A stretch of DNA of 64,000 nt, taken from IMG/VR virus record IMGVR_UViG_3300010389_000001, positions 168,534-232,533 of that record; one strand, written 5' to 3'. The notes beneath the pieces were generated by a model. It was not told the origin of the DNA. It saw nothing but the letters and a program-made list of their open reading frames with translations, and did no database searches. A program made the position numbers and the translations under genes. Below are positions 17,944-28,153 of the stretch, piece after piece. Each line of letters begins with the position of its first letter. Within the stretch, counting starts at the first letter, position 1.

Positions 17944-19862
17944 TGGCATTGGATAAAGAAAATCTGAAAGCATTAGGCCAAGGGTTAGATGCATTTACAA
18001 ATTCTGTAAAAACTGCCGAAAAAGCTTTGGGGGATTTTTTCGCCCTAGGCTCCAGAACCCCCAACAGCCTTGGGCCTGCGACTCCTGCTTTAAATGATCT
18101 GAAAAAAGCAATTCAGGGTGTGGGGCAAATCGCAACCGGTACTGCCGGCGCCATCGACGCAATGATTGACGGGCTGGGTTCTGGAGGCTCTGCTATTGGA
18201 GGCTTTTCTGGTGCCCTAGTCGACCTTACGTCGGGACTGGTAAATACGCTTCCTGAGGCTATAGTCGGTATGGCGGAGGTTGTCGCCGGAGCGTTTGATG
18301 GCCCAACGAAAGATCTAAGAGCTTTTGATGCGAGCATATTCGAGGTGGGCAAGAGATTCGGTGATCCAATTCAGTCATCAAAAGATTTTGCTGATGCAAT
18401 AAAAGCTATACCGGCGTCGGAATTTGGGCAGGCACTGTCATTAACAAGAGATGAGTTAAGTAAATTTTATAGCAGAGCGGCTCAATATAATTTGACTCAG
18501 GAGATGTTAAACGAAACTGTGTCAACAGGCATTGGGGAAACAAACCTTCTTGCTGCGGCTTATGCTTTTGGAGAGTCTGCAGCGATGGGTGCCGGTGAAA
18601 CAATGCGCCTGTTAGATACAATCATAAATAAACAGGGTGTATCGGCTGGTGAGGCGGCAGAGATGCTTGGCGTTTACTCAGGAGTCGCAAAAGAAGTTGG
18701 CATAGCGATAGACGATGTTGCTTCAACGCTTAATTCGGCAGTATCCCAGTTCTCTAAGCTTGGAATATCTGCAGATTTTGGTGCGCCAATCCTAGAGGGG
18801 TTCGGAAGAGTCGTCAAAGATATGGGGCTTGGTATAGATGAGGCAACCTCCTTGACCCAGGGGCTTGCCAGCGCACTTGGAGGGCTCACAACTGATTATG
18901 CGAATGCTTATGTCATGTTTCAAAGGGGAGGGCTAGATATCGGAGCGGGTGGGGGCGCCCTTGGGGCTTCTATAGGGCTTCAGGCAGAGCTGCTTAGGGC
19001 TGAGCAGACCGGTGATCAGGCGGCGATAGGTGCTCAGCTCGTCGGAGCGATGAAGGATACTCTGGCATCGTTTGGCGGAGGAAACATAGTTACTGTTTCT
19101 GAGGCCGCAGAGAGCCCGGAGCTACAAACTCAATTTTATACCCAGCAGCAGCTTCTTATGAATCAGTTTGGGATAAGGGATCAAGCTTCTGCGACGAGAA
19201 CTCTCGAACTCTTGGCCGAGATTGATGATGCAACACGATCAGGCAATATGGAGGCCAAAGAAGAGCTTCAGAAACAACTTGAAAATGAGGTAGAAGGAAG
19301 AGATAAGACTCTGGATGTTTTGGAGCAAATAAACAGAGAGATTGCGGCTCAAAGTAATCTGCTGGCTATTGCTGCCAGAGAGGACCTTGAAGCCTTATCA
19401 AATCTTGGTTTTGATATAGCAAAAGAATTTGCTTCGCCAAAAATTGCGGAGGCCGGATCGGCTGGAGTGGGGGCCATAGAGTCGGGAGGGGATTCGTTCC
19501 AGAGAGTTTTAGATTCAATAAGGAGCTTCTTTAGCTCCGAAGGTGCAGAGGGCAAGCTGGTGCAGGAGGTCGAAAAAAGGGGTGCGATTGCAAAGGCGGC
19601 TCAGGAATCAACTCCCGATGTAAATCTTACGAATAAGGAATTATCCGCCATATCGGCGAGAGTTGCCTTGGCGGACAAGCAGATAAGCAAGGAAGAATTT
19701 AAGGCTATTTTTAAAGAGGCTATTATAGAGGGCATTGCTTCTGGCGACAGGGACTTGTCAAATCTAAATGTTACAATTGATTTTGCAAACGAAGAAATGA
19801 GGAAGGTATTTAAGGGCGTTGGAGCTGCCGTTAAAGAAATTAGTGAAGTTGGGGGTCCATAA
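17943..19862 (+). CDS. tape measure protein
   Basis: Directly after the chaperone pair; 639 aa, Ala/Gly-rich and helical. Confidence 0.75.
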   Translation: MALDKENLKALGQGLDAFTNSVKTAEKALGDFFALGSRTPNSLGPATPALNDLKKAIQGVGQIATGTAGAIDAMIDGLGSGGSAIGGFSGALVDLTSGLVNTLPEAIVGMAEVVAGAFDGPTKDLRAFDASIFEVGKRFGDPIQSSKDFADAIKAIPASEFGQALSLTRDELSKFYSRAAQYNLTQEMLNETVSTGIGETNLLAAAYAFGESAAMGAGETMRLLDTIINKQGVSAGEAAEMLGVYSGVAKEVGIAIDDVASTLNSAVSQFSKLGISADFGAPILEGFGRVVKDMGLGIDEATSLTQGLASALGGLTTDYANAYVMFQRGGLDIGAGGGALGASIGLQAELLRAEQTGDQAAIGAQLVGAMKDTLASFGGGNIVTVSEAAESPELQTQFYTQQQLLMNQFGIRDQASATRTLELLAEIDDATRSGNMEAKEELQKQLENEVEGRDKTLDVLEQINREIAAQSNLLAIAAREDLEALSNLGFDIAKEFASPKIAEAGSAGVGAIESGGDSFQRVLDSIRSFFSSEGAEGKLVQEVEKRGAIAKAAQESTPDVNLTNKELSAISARVALADKQISKEEFKAIFKEAIIEGIASGDRDLSNLNVTIDFANEEMRKVFKGVGAAVKEISEVGGP

Positions 19863-20821
19863 TGGAAGGAATAGGTAGACAGACAATAATTTTCTTTTTG
19901 CCAAATGATATGGACGCTTTTTTGAGCGATCAGAGTCCAAGCACAAATTCAAGCAGCTTAAGAGATGAGAATGTTGGGTGGTTTAAGACTCAGCTTTATA
20001 TGAACCCTCAGAGCTTTGATATTAATGAAAAGAAATTTATTAAATCAGATCTAACAAAGGGCGGATTCGTAACCCAGTATTGGGGAGAGGATCTAACCAG
20101 AATAAGCATTGCTGGTACAACAGGTTCTTCTGGAATAGAGGGGATCAATGTTTTGCGCTCTATTTATCGTCATGAGCAGGGACAGTATAGAAAGCTGCTA
20201 GAAGATAGAAGAAATAAGCTGGCAGAAGAAGCCGCCACCATACAGGCGCAAGCAATAGCAGAGGCTCAGTCAAGAGAAGGCATCGGAGGATTCTTTGTTA
20301 ACGCTGCAGACTTGCTTACAGGAGGAGCTTTTACTCAGACGGTAGACGGTCTTCAAAATTCAGTTGAGCTAATAAGCAATGCTATAAATGGAGAATCTCA
20401 GATAGAAGGAAATACGTTTAGATCAATACCCACTCTTGCTGCACTTGCAACAAATGTAGATATGTATTATCAGGGCGAGTTTTTTAGGGGATATTTTGAG
20501 TTTTTTAACGTAAGAGAAAACTCTAATGAGCCGGGACATTTTAATTACAGCACAAGCTTTGTTGTTACGAGAAGAACGGGAAGAAGAAGTAACTTTATGC
20601 CATGGCATAGAAATCCTTTGGATGCTAGCGGAGTAGCACAAATGAGCAAGGGAGTTACGGAGGCAAAGGGAGATCCCCTGACGGGCGGTGATAACTTCTC
20701 CTTCCCCATTGGCGGATATGAGGAGGAAAATGCAAGACCGGAAGTTTCTATCACTCAGGATGTAGAAGCAGAAATAGATTTAGAAATATCCCTGCCGCAA
20801 AATAGGCCCGGCCAAGGCTAA
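19862..20821 (+). CDS. tail tube initiator / baseplate protein (gp48/gp54-like)
   Basis: After the tape measure; motifs LYMNPQSFDI...TKGGFVTQYWGEDLTRISIAGTTG and YYQGEFFRGYF...FNYSTSFVV resemble tube-fold initiators. Confidence 0.65.
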   Translation: MEGIGRQTIIFFLPNDMDAFLSDQSPSTNSSSLRDENVGWFKTQLYMNPQSFDINEKKFIKSDLTKGGFVTQYWGEDLTRISIAGTTGSSGIEGINVLRSIYRHEQGQYRKLLEDRRNKLAEEAATIQAQAIAEAQSREGIGGFFVNAADLLTGGAFTQTVDGLQNSVELISNAINGESQIEGNTFRSIPTLAALATNVDMYYQGEFFRGYFEFFNVRENSNEPGHFNYSTSFVVTRRTGRRSNFMPWHRNPLDASGVAQMSKGVTEAKGDPLTGGDNFSFPIGGYEEENARPEVSITQDVEAEIDLEISLPQNRPGQG

Positions 20822-20851
20822 AATAATACAAAAGGTTAAGTAAAATACAAT

Positions 20852-23800
20852 ATGTCCTATGAATTGTCAAAAAGAATATATCAGACATGGCAACAAGCTA
20901 AATCTAATATAATAAACGGAGTTAGCCCGGCTTATCTCGATGTAAATTCTCATCCGCTAATTAACACTGGGGCTTCAATATTTTTTAATCAAGATCAATC
21001 TGTATCTGTAACTCCAGATACAAGAAATCACATTGCTATGTCTCCCGAGGCAACTGTTCTGATTAAAAAGAAGGTATTCTCGACCCTTAAAGGATCCAAC
21101 GATTTAAGGTTCATGGACAAAACCGAGAAGATGCTATTGAGGGCTACGAAGGCTCTTTTTGCCTACAAGGTTCAGCAGATCAGGGCTTATGAAAGTCTAA
21201 CAAAGTTTGACAGCTTTTTTCAAAATAATAACTCTTATAGCCTTTCTTTGCTCTCATCTTTTATAAATGAGTCAAGCGCGATATTAAATGCAGATGAAAA
21301 CTTAAAGCAAAATTTAGCAGAAGAAGGCACGGGATTCTTTGATGACTTAGCGAACATCCTATCTTCGAGTAGCTCTGTTGAAAATTTAACCGCAGTCAAC
21401 GATGATATTATATCTATCCTGAAAAGAAATGCATTCTCAGAGGATGCTGGATTGACCACTTGGATTGTAGATCCTGAGAATCCCGAGAATTACATAATAG
21501 GTCCTGGAACTGGCGTTATAGAGCTAACTATGTTTCGTGGATTCAGAACATCGGTAGGCAATGACTCATCTCCTTCTTCTGCAAGTTTGAATATAACTTA
21601 TCCGTATAGAATTGGAAATGTGTCCGAAGAAGATATTGAGATTGCAATTCAGGAGGCTCTAAAAGGCACGCTTGGGCTATTCAATGAGCTGCTGAACGGA
21701 GGAATATCAAGCCAATCGCTTGCCGGCCAGACAGCTTATGTAGATGGAGCCTCTATTATTTCTTCTGCATTTGAGCTTTCAAACGAAAGTTTATTTAATA
21801 CTGCAATAGACACTGGATACATAAGAGAAAGACTTAGAACGTTCTATCTGGGGAAGCCATTTATTAGCGCTTCTGATATAGTTCATTTTTACATAAAGGG
21901 AAATAGAACTTTTACTGATTTCTCTTCTGAAAATTCAACTTATTCTGAGGAAACAACCGAATCTCCATTTGACGAAGAGTACATGGAGATAGATGAGACC
22001 ATCCTAAAGGCTGAGCATCAGCTTTACACCGCTGGCGCCATAGATTATGAGAAATATAAAAAACTCAGAAGAAGGCAAGATAATTCTTTTGGAATGATTC
22101 ATGTGTATGCGGGTTTAGTCACAAATACTTCCGAATCCTTCTCGGGTGGTTTCTGGGATCTATCGGTAAGCATAACAGACAATATGTCTTGGTTAAAGTG
22201 GAGTAGATTTCAAACTGAGCCGCCGATATCTGACCCCAAGAATGTTCTTGAAGACCCACTTACTCCATTTGAGTTTGAGAAAGATCCACAGGGAAAAATT
22301 ATTAGCTCAAGCAGAGATCTTCTTTATGAAAACAAGCAGCTGCTTCAGTCTGGCTTATTGAGCTATGATTCCGGACTGCTTGCCGGCCAAAATGCTTCGG
22401 AAGGAAACCTTATTCAGGGGCAATACAATGGAATAGGATCGCTGCGCGGCAAAAAGGTAATGCAGCATCCAAGCGGTTTTGTTTATAGATGGAAGACAGG
22501 CATAATCACTGCTACTGCAGGTTTTGCTGCGACTGATCCTTCAGAGCAAAATAGAAGCCAATCTAATATTTGGGGGCAGAACTATCAATTGACAGTAACA
22601 AATACTGTCTTAAACAACCTGGATATTCCAAATATACTAAGCATATTAATTGTTGGACAGCCTTATAATATAGAGACTTTTATTGAACAAGCTTATACTG
22701 CTCACAATATTTCAGACAGATCAACTCGATTACAGAATAGGGACGCTCTGACTGGAGTTTTGGATGTTATCCGAAAGCAAAATGTTTACTATGGCAATTT
22801 TCATCCATATAGAATGCTAAGCATGAGTGTTGCTACAACCCAAAGAATGCTAAACAATGCTGGTAACAGAGATGATGCAAATAATAATATTGAAGTCCTC
22901 CAGAGAAAGAAAAGGGAAATCCGCAGTAGGATAAGAGCCTTGGAGGGAGGGCAGTCTGTAACTCCGATTATTGAGTCACTTAATAGGGAGATTGAGACAA
23001 TCGATGCCGCTCTTAGGGAGCAGGTAAAAGTTGCGGTTAATTCGGAGAGGGCATTAACATCAGAGGATAGGGTGGGGATACAAATAAGTCTTGGGGGCTC
23101 CACAAACTTACCTCTATACGATAACGAAGACGAAAATAACGACGTAACTAGAGCGATGATGCTTGTAGGTGCTCAAAGAAGAATCGAAGATGTAAGATTA
23201 AATAGGGATAGGAATTTATTTGTTGTTTCGGATCAGTATGACTCTGCTGATATACGCCCATTCGTTTTAAATCTAAATAAAAGTGGATGGAGATTATTTG
23301 AGGGCAAATATCAGGATGTTTGGCAGATGTGCAACCAGGCATCTAACTATTTGGAACTAGAATTTTTTGCGAATTCGCAGGGCCACCTTGAGTTTAGACC
23401 TCCGCTTTGGAATAGAATTCCTCTAACAATTTTAAAAGAAGCGATAATAAAGCAAGAATCTGAAGATGTAGAGGTTATTCCAAGATTTATTACAGACTTA
23501 TTCAATACTCGAATCGAAGCACTATATCTTCAAGTACATACTCAAAATGTAAAGATTGTATTGGCAGCCCTGATGCTTGGAAGGTATCCTGACAATACCC
23601 TTATACCGAATGTTAAGTCAACTGGAGCGAGATCTTTAACATTCTTTGGCGTAGAGCTTAATGACCAAAAGGGCGTTAATAAAGCTGTAAATAATGTTGG
23701 CAATTCCTTATCTGGCCTTCCGGAGGACTCCGCCCTTAGATTAAGGCAGACAAACTTTGAGACCAGCGCCAATACAAAGCTTGGCCAGGCATTTGGAGAA

Positions 23801-25726
23801 AACCTTGATCTTGGAGTTTCATTTCAGGAGAAGGGGGACGTTTTAAAGGGTGATACTGAAACTATTTTGGGTAATTTCGATTCAGTAATTCAAGAGCAAG
23901 CTTCTTTGTTAAATGATATTGAGAATGTTATTGAAGATACAAGCGGTACAGTTAAGCCTGCCGCACAATACACTGCAGATGACTTAAATAACATCCGAGA
24001 TACCTTTAGAAAACAATTCGGAAAAGACCCAGCATCGGGGCTGCCTCTATCGGACAGGCAAGGTCAGGGTTTCACCAATAAAGATTTAGTTTATTCAATA
24101 AGCGATAAGGAAAAAATTGATCAAGCAATAGGCAATGCAGATCAAATAGCAAGAGCATTAAAGAAGGCTATTTCGGATAGAGACAGCTATGTAACAATGC
24201 TTCAGGCTAACCTTCTAAAATCAAAGGAGCTTGAGGAGATAAAGGAGCTTTTGCTTACAGGCGGCAACGAAGACTTTGAGGGATCTCAAAATAGTATATC
24301 TCCATTTTTATCGGATACAGCAGATTTCCTGGCAAAATCGGCAAACGGTCTTCAGACTGCGTCTGATATAATAACTGGGAAGCTAGCAGAGGGAACTGTT
24401 TATGATCACCTGATTGAAGATGATACAAGAAATCTTCTTGGCTATGGATCCGGAAAGAGATTTATCCTAAAAGATGAGCATATAAAGGCAATAACCTTCA
24501 ACGAGAAGCCTCCAGGATTTACAAGACTCGACATTCTTGGCGGCGCACCACTGGGATTCGATCAGGCCTTAAACAGGTCATTTGATGGCCTTTATTTCTG
24601 GGCCGGCGCAACAGATTTTGATTTATGGAGGCAGTACGGATATAAGTCGACGAGCGTATCTCTTCCGTTCGTATCTGATCCAGAGGGCCAAGGGAAGCCT
24701 TATGCTTACCTGAAGCTTGCAATGGAAAAGCTAAATATAAATACCGCAAGCGCGACTGTTGTGGGTAATGAATTTTACCAGCCAGGAGATACGATTTACA
24801 TACCATCGAAGGGCCTGCTTTATTATGTTCAATCTGTAAATCACAGCTTTGATTATGGGTCAAAGAATTTTACAACGACACTAGACTTGCAGTATGGACA
24901 TCCTGCTGGGAATTACATACCAAGCCCTCTTGATGTAATTGGGCAGCAATTGGTTTCAAACATATTGGAAGATCCCGCAATTATTTACAGATCAGATGAA
25001 TCTGACGACAATTACTCTCCTCTCCGCCCCGACTCTTCTCTCGTGTTTCCTACGGGCGGAGCTGGGCCTGCTGAACTGCTGGCCTTCTCTGATAATCAGG
25101 TGAGATTCACAAATATGATGATTGATATAATGGCGAGGATCGCTGGCAGCAATTATCTTCTAATTCGAGGGTTCGTAACTGATGAAAACGCAGATACTAA
25201 AGATACTTTGGAGAAAATGGCTATCGTAAGGTATCTTTTTGAAAATCCAAGTCAGCTAACTCAATCCAATCAGTTTAGCCTGGGGGATGATCTGATAGAG
25301 CCTTTTGCCTCGCTAGGAACAACGACAAGCTCAGTTTTTGGAGGCGGCTCCGTTGGAACGACAAAGACGCTGGCGCCAATGAGGCTGCCGAATAACCTTC
25401 CGGTAACTCCTATAAGTCCTAGGAAAATTATAGAACAGGTATCCTATTTTAAGAGAAGAGATAGGGATACCCTGGGAGAGATAAGATGCCTTGATAGAGA
25501 TTTGGTTACAGCTATGCAGATTGATGCAGGGCAGTTTGAATCAGTATCATCGGATATTGTAAATGGGATCTTTCCGAAGGGAGGCCCCCGCCAGTCCAGC
25601 TGGCTTGACCTAAGAGATGAGGTTTCTGGTTTTAACTTTACATCTTCATTTAAGTCAAACGTAATAGAAGTCGGTGTATTAAAGATACCAAGCAGCCTTT
25701 TAGCTAAGGCTAGCTCAACAGAGTAA
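20852..25726 (+). CDS. baseplate hub protein (gp27/gpD-like, enlarged)
   Basis: 1624 aa; hub-type motifs LEFFANSQGHLEFRPP and TASATVVGNEFYQPGDTIYIPSKGLLYYVQSVNHSFDY...TTTLDLQYG; sits directly before the spike gene. Confidence 0.7.
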   Translation: MSYELSKRIYQTWQQAKSNIINGVSPAYLDVNSHPLINTGASIFFNQDQSVSVTPDTRNHIAMSPEATVLIKKKVFSTLKGSNDLRFMDKTEKMLLRATKALFAYKVQQIRAYESLTKFDSFFQNNNSYSLSLLSSFINESSAILNADENLKQNLAEEGTGFFDDLANILSSSSSVENLTAVNDDIISILKRNAFSEDAGLTTWIVDPENPENYIIGPGTGVIELTMFRGFRTSVGNDSSPSSASLNITYPYRIGNVSEEDIEIAIQEALKGTLGLFNELLNGGISSQSLAGQTAYVDGASIISSAFELSNESLFNTAIDTGYIRERLRTFYLGKPFISASDIVHFYIKGNRTFTDFSSENSTYSEETTESPFDEEYMEIDETILKAEHQLYTAGAIDYEKYKKLRRRQDNSFGMIHVYAGLVTNTSESFSGGFWDLSVSITDNMSWLKWSRFQTEPPISDPKNVLEDPLTPFEFEKDPQGKIISSSRDLLYENKQLLQSGLLSYDSGLLAGQNASEGNLIQGQYNGIGSLRGKKVMQHPSGFVYRWKTGIITATAGFAATDPSEQNRSQSNIWGQNYQLTVTNTVLNNLDIPNILSILIVGQPYNIETFIEQAYTAHNISDRSTRLQNRDALTGVLDVIRKQNVYYGNFHPYRMLSMSVATTQRMLNNAGNRDDANNNIEVLQRKKREIRSRIRALEGGQSVTPIIESLNREIETIDAALREQVKVAVNSERALTSEDRVGIQISLGGSTNLPLYDNEDENNDVTRAMMLVGAQRRIEDVRLNRDRNLFVVSDQYDSADIRPFVLNLNKSGWRLFEGKYQDVWQMCNQASNYLELEFFANSQGHLEFRPPLWNRIPLTILKEAIIKQESEDVEVIPRFITDLFNTRIEALYLQVHTQNVKIVLAALMLGRYPDNTLIPNVKSTGARSLTFFGVELNDQKGVNKAVNNVGNSLSGLPEDSALRLRQTNFETSANTKLGQAFGENLDLGVSFQEKGDVLKGDTETILGNFDSVIQEQASLLNDIENVIEDTSGTVKPAAQYTADDLNNIRDTFRKQFGKDPASGLPLSDRQGQGFTNKDLVYSISDKEKIDQAIGNADQIARALKKAISDRDSYVTMLQANLLKSKELEEIKELLLTGGNEDFEGSQNSISPFLSDTADFLAKSANGLQTASDIITGKLAEGTVYDHLIEDDTRNLLGYGSGKRFILKDEHIKAITFNEKPPGFTRLDILGGAPLGFDQALNRSFDGLYFWAGATDFDLWRQYGYKSTSVSLPFVSDPEGQGKPYAYLKLAMEKLNINTASATVVGNEFYQPGDTIYIPSKGLLYYVQSVNHSFDYGSKNFTTTLDLQYGHPAGNYIPSPLDVIGQQLVSNILEDPAIIYRSDESDDNYSPLRPDSSLVFPTGGAGPAELLAFSDNQVRFTNMMIDIMARIAGSNYLLIRGFVTDENADTKDTLEKMAIVRYLFENPSQLTQSNQFSLGDDLIEPFASLGTTTSSVFGGGSVGTTKTLAPMRLPNNLPVTPISPRKIIEQVSYFKRRDRDTLGEIRCLDRDLVTAMQIDAGQFESVSSDIVNGIFPKGGPRQSSWLDLRDEVSGFNFTSSFKSNVIEVGVLKIPSSLLAKASSTE

Positions 25727-25736
25727 CGGAGAGCGC

Positions 25737-28100
25737 ATGTCTGCTGAAGAAATACAAGGTGCCTTGAGCAATCTAAAGATATTTGAGGCTATAGTCGATC
25801 GCGTTGACCCTGATACTGGCAATATTTATATAAAGGCATCTAGTTCATCAGATATAACTGATCCGGATATCATCCCGCCCATTTACTACGGCGGTTTAGA
25901 TGGAACAGGCCTATTTATGCACCCCCGACCGGGTGATGTAGTTATTTGCGCAAGAGTTTTTCCTGGAGGCAAGGGCATAACTCAGGGAATTAGAGTTATT
26001 CCGAAGACATCATTAACCGCCGATAACGAGAATATAGTAAGGAGCGACTCCGAAAACCTCGGCGCGGGAATGCCGGAGTATCCAGCGGTAAAACAGGGAG
26101 AGGTAAAAATAAGAGGCCTCTCTGGCAAGGTGGACATTACGGGAGATGGAGAGCGGGGAGGAGGAGTTTCTGTAGGCACCTTATCTGGCGATGGCTTACA
26201 CGTAAAGGAAAATGCCTCTACAAACTCAGCAGTTACTATAGTTGGAAATTCTTTAAAAGTTACAAATGATGCAACAAGAGTTAGCTCAAGAAATATATAT
26301 AGATATAAGAAAAATGATCCAGAGTCTTCAAATAAAGTATCTGCAAATAGCTATTTTCAAATAGAAGATATTGATAGAGGAAAAAAGAGAGGAACATTTC
26401 CCGGTCTTGAGGCTTCTGAGTCTGCATTATTAAGCGGCTTTAGAAACCCCGGATTATCAGAGTATAGATTTGTTGCAAATGAGTTTTCTGAAACAGATTA
26501 TTTCGAAGGCTGGGATAATGAGTCTGGCAAAAGAGATTCTGAAAATATAAAGAAATTTGCTACCAATAAGCTGATGAGATCTCTTTCTTTTGAGAATGCC
26601 CTTCATCTTGCTCCGCACCAGCTTGTTGAAGTTGTTATTGGCAATGTTGTAAACTCAAGAGGCGAAGCTTTAGATATCAATTATGGCTCAGTAGTTTTGG
26701 GCAACGCGCTTGGACTGCCGGTTGGAGATGGCTCAATATCCCAAGTATATGAGGATGCTAGGCTAAAGTCAAGAAGAAGTATTGGTTATCATTTTCAGCT
26801 GTCCACGAATAGTCTTTCTGCTGAAATATCTAACGATATGGACAATTTTGTTTTTGCCGTAGACAAAGAGGGCGTGCTAAAGGCCAATATTCCAGCGTCA
26901 TCTAACACTGGAAATGTGCTTTATCCAACGGCTGCGGAATTCTACCAGGAAGATTCTGGCAAGGTAAAGACAGAGTATGCGTTTGACAAGAAAAGAGAGA
27001 AGATTCCAATAACTCTTGCGAAAAGGGCTAAGGGCGAAACTGCTATTCTGTATCCGTCTATAATAACGGAAGATAATGAGATCCCCGAAAGATACACTGG
27101 AGTTAGGTTTTCTAACGAAAATAACTATTTTAAAGGATTCTCTGATACTGCAGATCCGCTGGATGCCCAGACTGTAAGGGTTAATCCGACCAAGCATCAT
27201 AATATGTATGCTGCAGCGGAGATGCTAATCGCAAATAAGGTTGTGAGAGTAAACGTTCCGGTCACAAGCGCAGAATGCACAGGCTATATTGCAGGGACTT
27301 CCATAAGGTCAAGCTTTGAAATAAGGGCGGATAGTAAAGACGGAAAATATACATACCCAAATTATATGTCGACTGTAACTATCGCCCCAGATAAGCCAGC
27401 CATAGGGACAGGCGGCGGCACAGTTGTAGCCGGATTAGATTATTCTAAAGAAATAAAATTTGCAAATAGCTTTACGCTTTCCGAGGGAGAGGCCGGGATA
27501 TCTGCAAGGAACATAAGCAAAGATGGTGAAGAAAGAAGCAGCCCGGGTGGAAAGAGCGCGAACATAAATCTGGAAGGTTCCCTTGAGCTTTCGGTCGGAA
27601 AAGACAATTTTGATCAAAAGTCAATTCTTTTAGATACGGCCGGAGGCATGGTTGCATGGTTTGGGAAAGATAAAAATGGTCGATCTATTGTGGCTCAAAC
27701 AGATGGATCAGTCCTGCTGAATGTCGGTGGAATGAATGGAGATACTTTTAATAAGGGCAGCTTTGACTTAAGGGTAAACGTATCAAACAAGGGGTGGGTT
27801 GGAGATGAGCGAGAGGGCATAAATGACTCAGATTATCTTATATCAATAAGCGAGAACGGCCTAGTAATTGCTGGCATGAAAAAGAATGCTCCTATGATCA
27901 TAAGAAATGATGGAGATCTTATGATTGAAAGTTCAACAAAGCTTATTCTTAGCGGCATGTCGGTAGCAGTAAGGGAAGGCTGTAGACCTGAAAGGAAGAC
28001 TCACATAGGCCCTGAGTCTGCTGATACTCCAGAGGCAAATGAAAAGGGAATTCTAGAAATAGGAAGCTGCTACGTTGAAGCTTTTGGCGAAGACTCATAG
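25737..28100 (+). CDS. baseplate central spike (gp5/VgrG-like)
   Basis: N-terminal OB-fold pattern FEAIVDRVDPDTG...GLFMHPRPGDVVICA; C-terminal Gly-rich beta-strand repeats (SILLDTAGGMVAWFGKDKNGRSIVAQTDGSVLLNVGG). Confidence 0.65.
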   Translation: MSAEEIQGALSNLKIFEAIVDRVDPDTGNIYIKASSSSDITDPDIIPPIYYGGLDGTGLFMHPRPGDVVICARVFPGGKGITQGIRVIPKTSLTADNENIVRSDSENLGAGMPEYPAVKQGEVKIRGLSGKVDITGDGERGGGVSVGTLSGDGLHVKENASTNSAVTIVGNSLKVTNDATRVSSRNIYRYKKNDPESSNKVSANSYFQIEDIDRGKKRGTFPGLEASESALLSGFRNPGLSEYRFVANEFSETDYFEGWDNESGKRDSENIKKFATNKLMRSLSFENALHLAPHQLVEVVIGNVVNSRGEALDINYGSVVLGNALGLPVGDGSISQVYEDARLKSRRSIGYHFQLSTNSLSAEISNDMDNFVFAVDKEGVLKANIPASSNTGNVLYPTAAEFYQEDSGKVKTEYAFDKKREKIPITLAKRAKGETAILYPSIITEDNEIPERYTGVRFSNENNYFKGFSDTADPLDAQTVRVNPTKHHNMYAAAEMLIANKVVRVNVPVTSAECTGYIAGTSIRSSFEIRADSKDGKYTYPNYMSTVTIAPDKPAIGTGGGTVVAGLDYSKEIKFANSFTLSEGEAGISARNISKDGEERSSPGGKSANINLEGSLELSVGKDNFDQKSILLDTAGGMVAWFGKDKNGRSIVAQTDGSVLLNVGGMNGDTFNKGSFDLRVNVSNKGWVGDEREGINDSDYLISISENGLVIAGMKKNAPMIIRNDGDLMIESSTKLILSGMSVAVREGCRPERKTHIGPESADTPEANEKGILEIGSCYVEAFGEDS

Positions 28101-28153
28101 TAATATTCTTTTAATATTTTAAGTATAATTTAAGCTGGAAAAGTAGGTAATCA

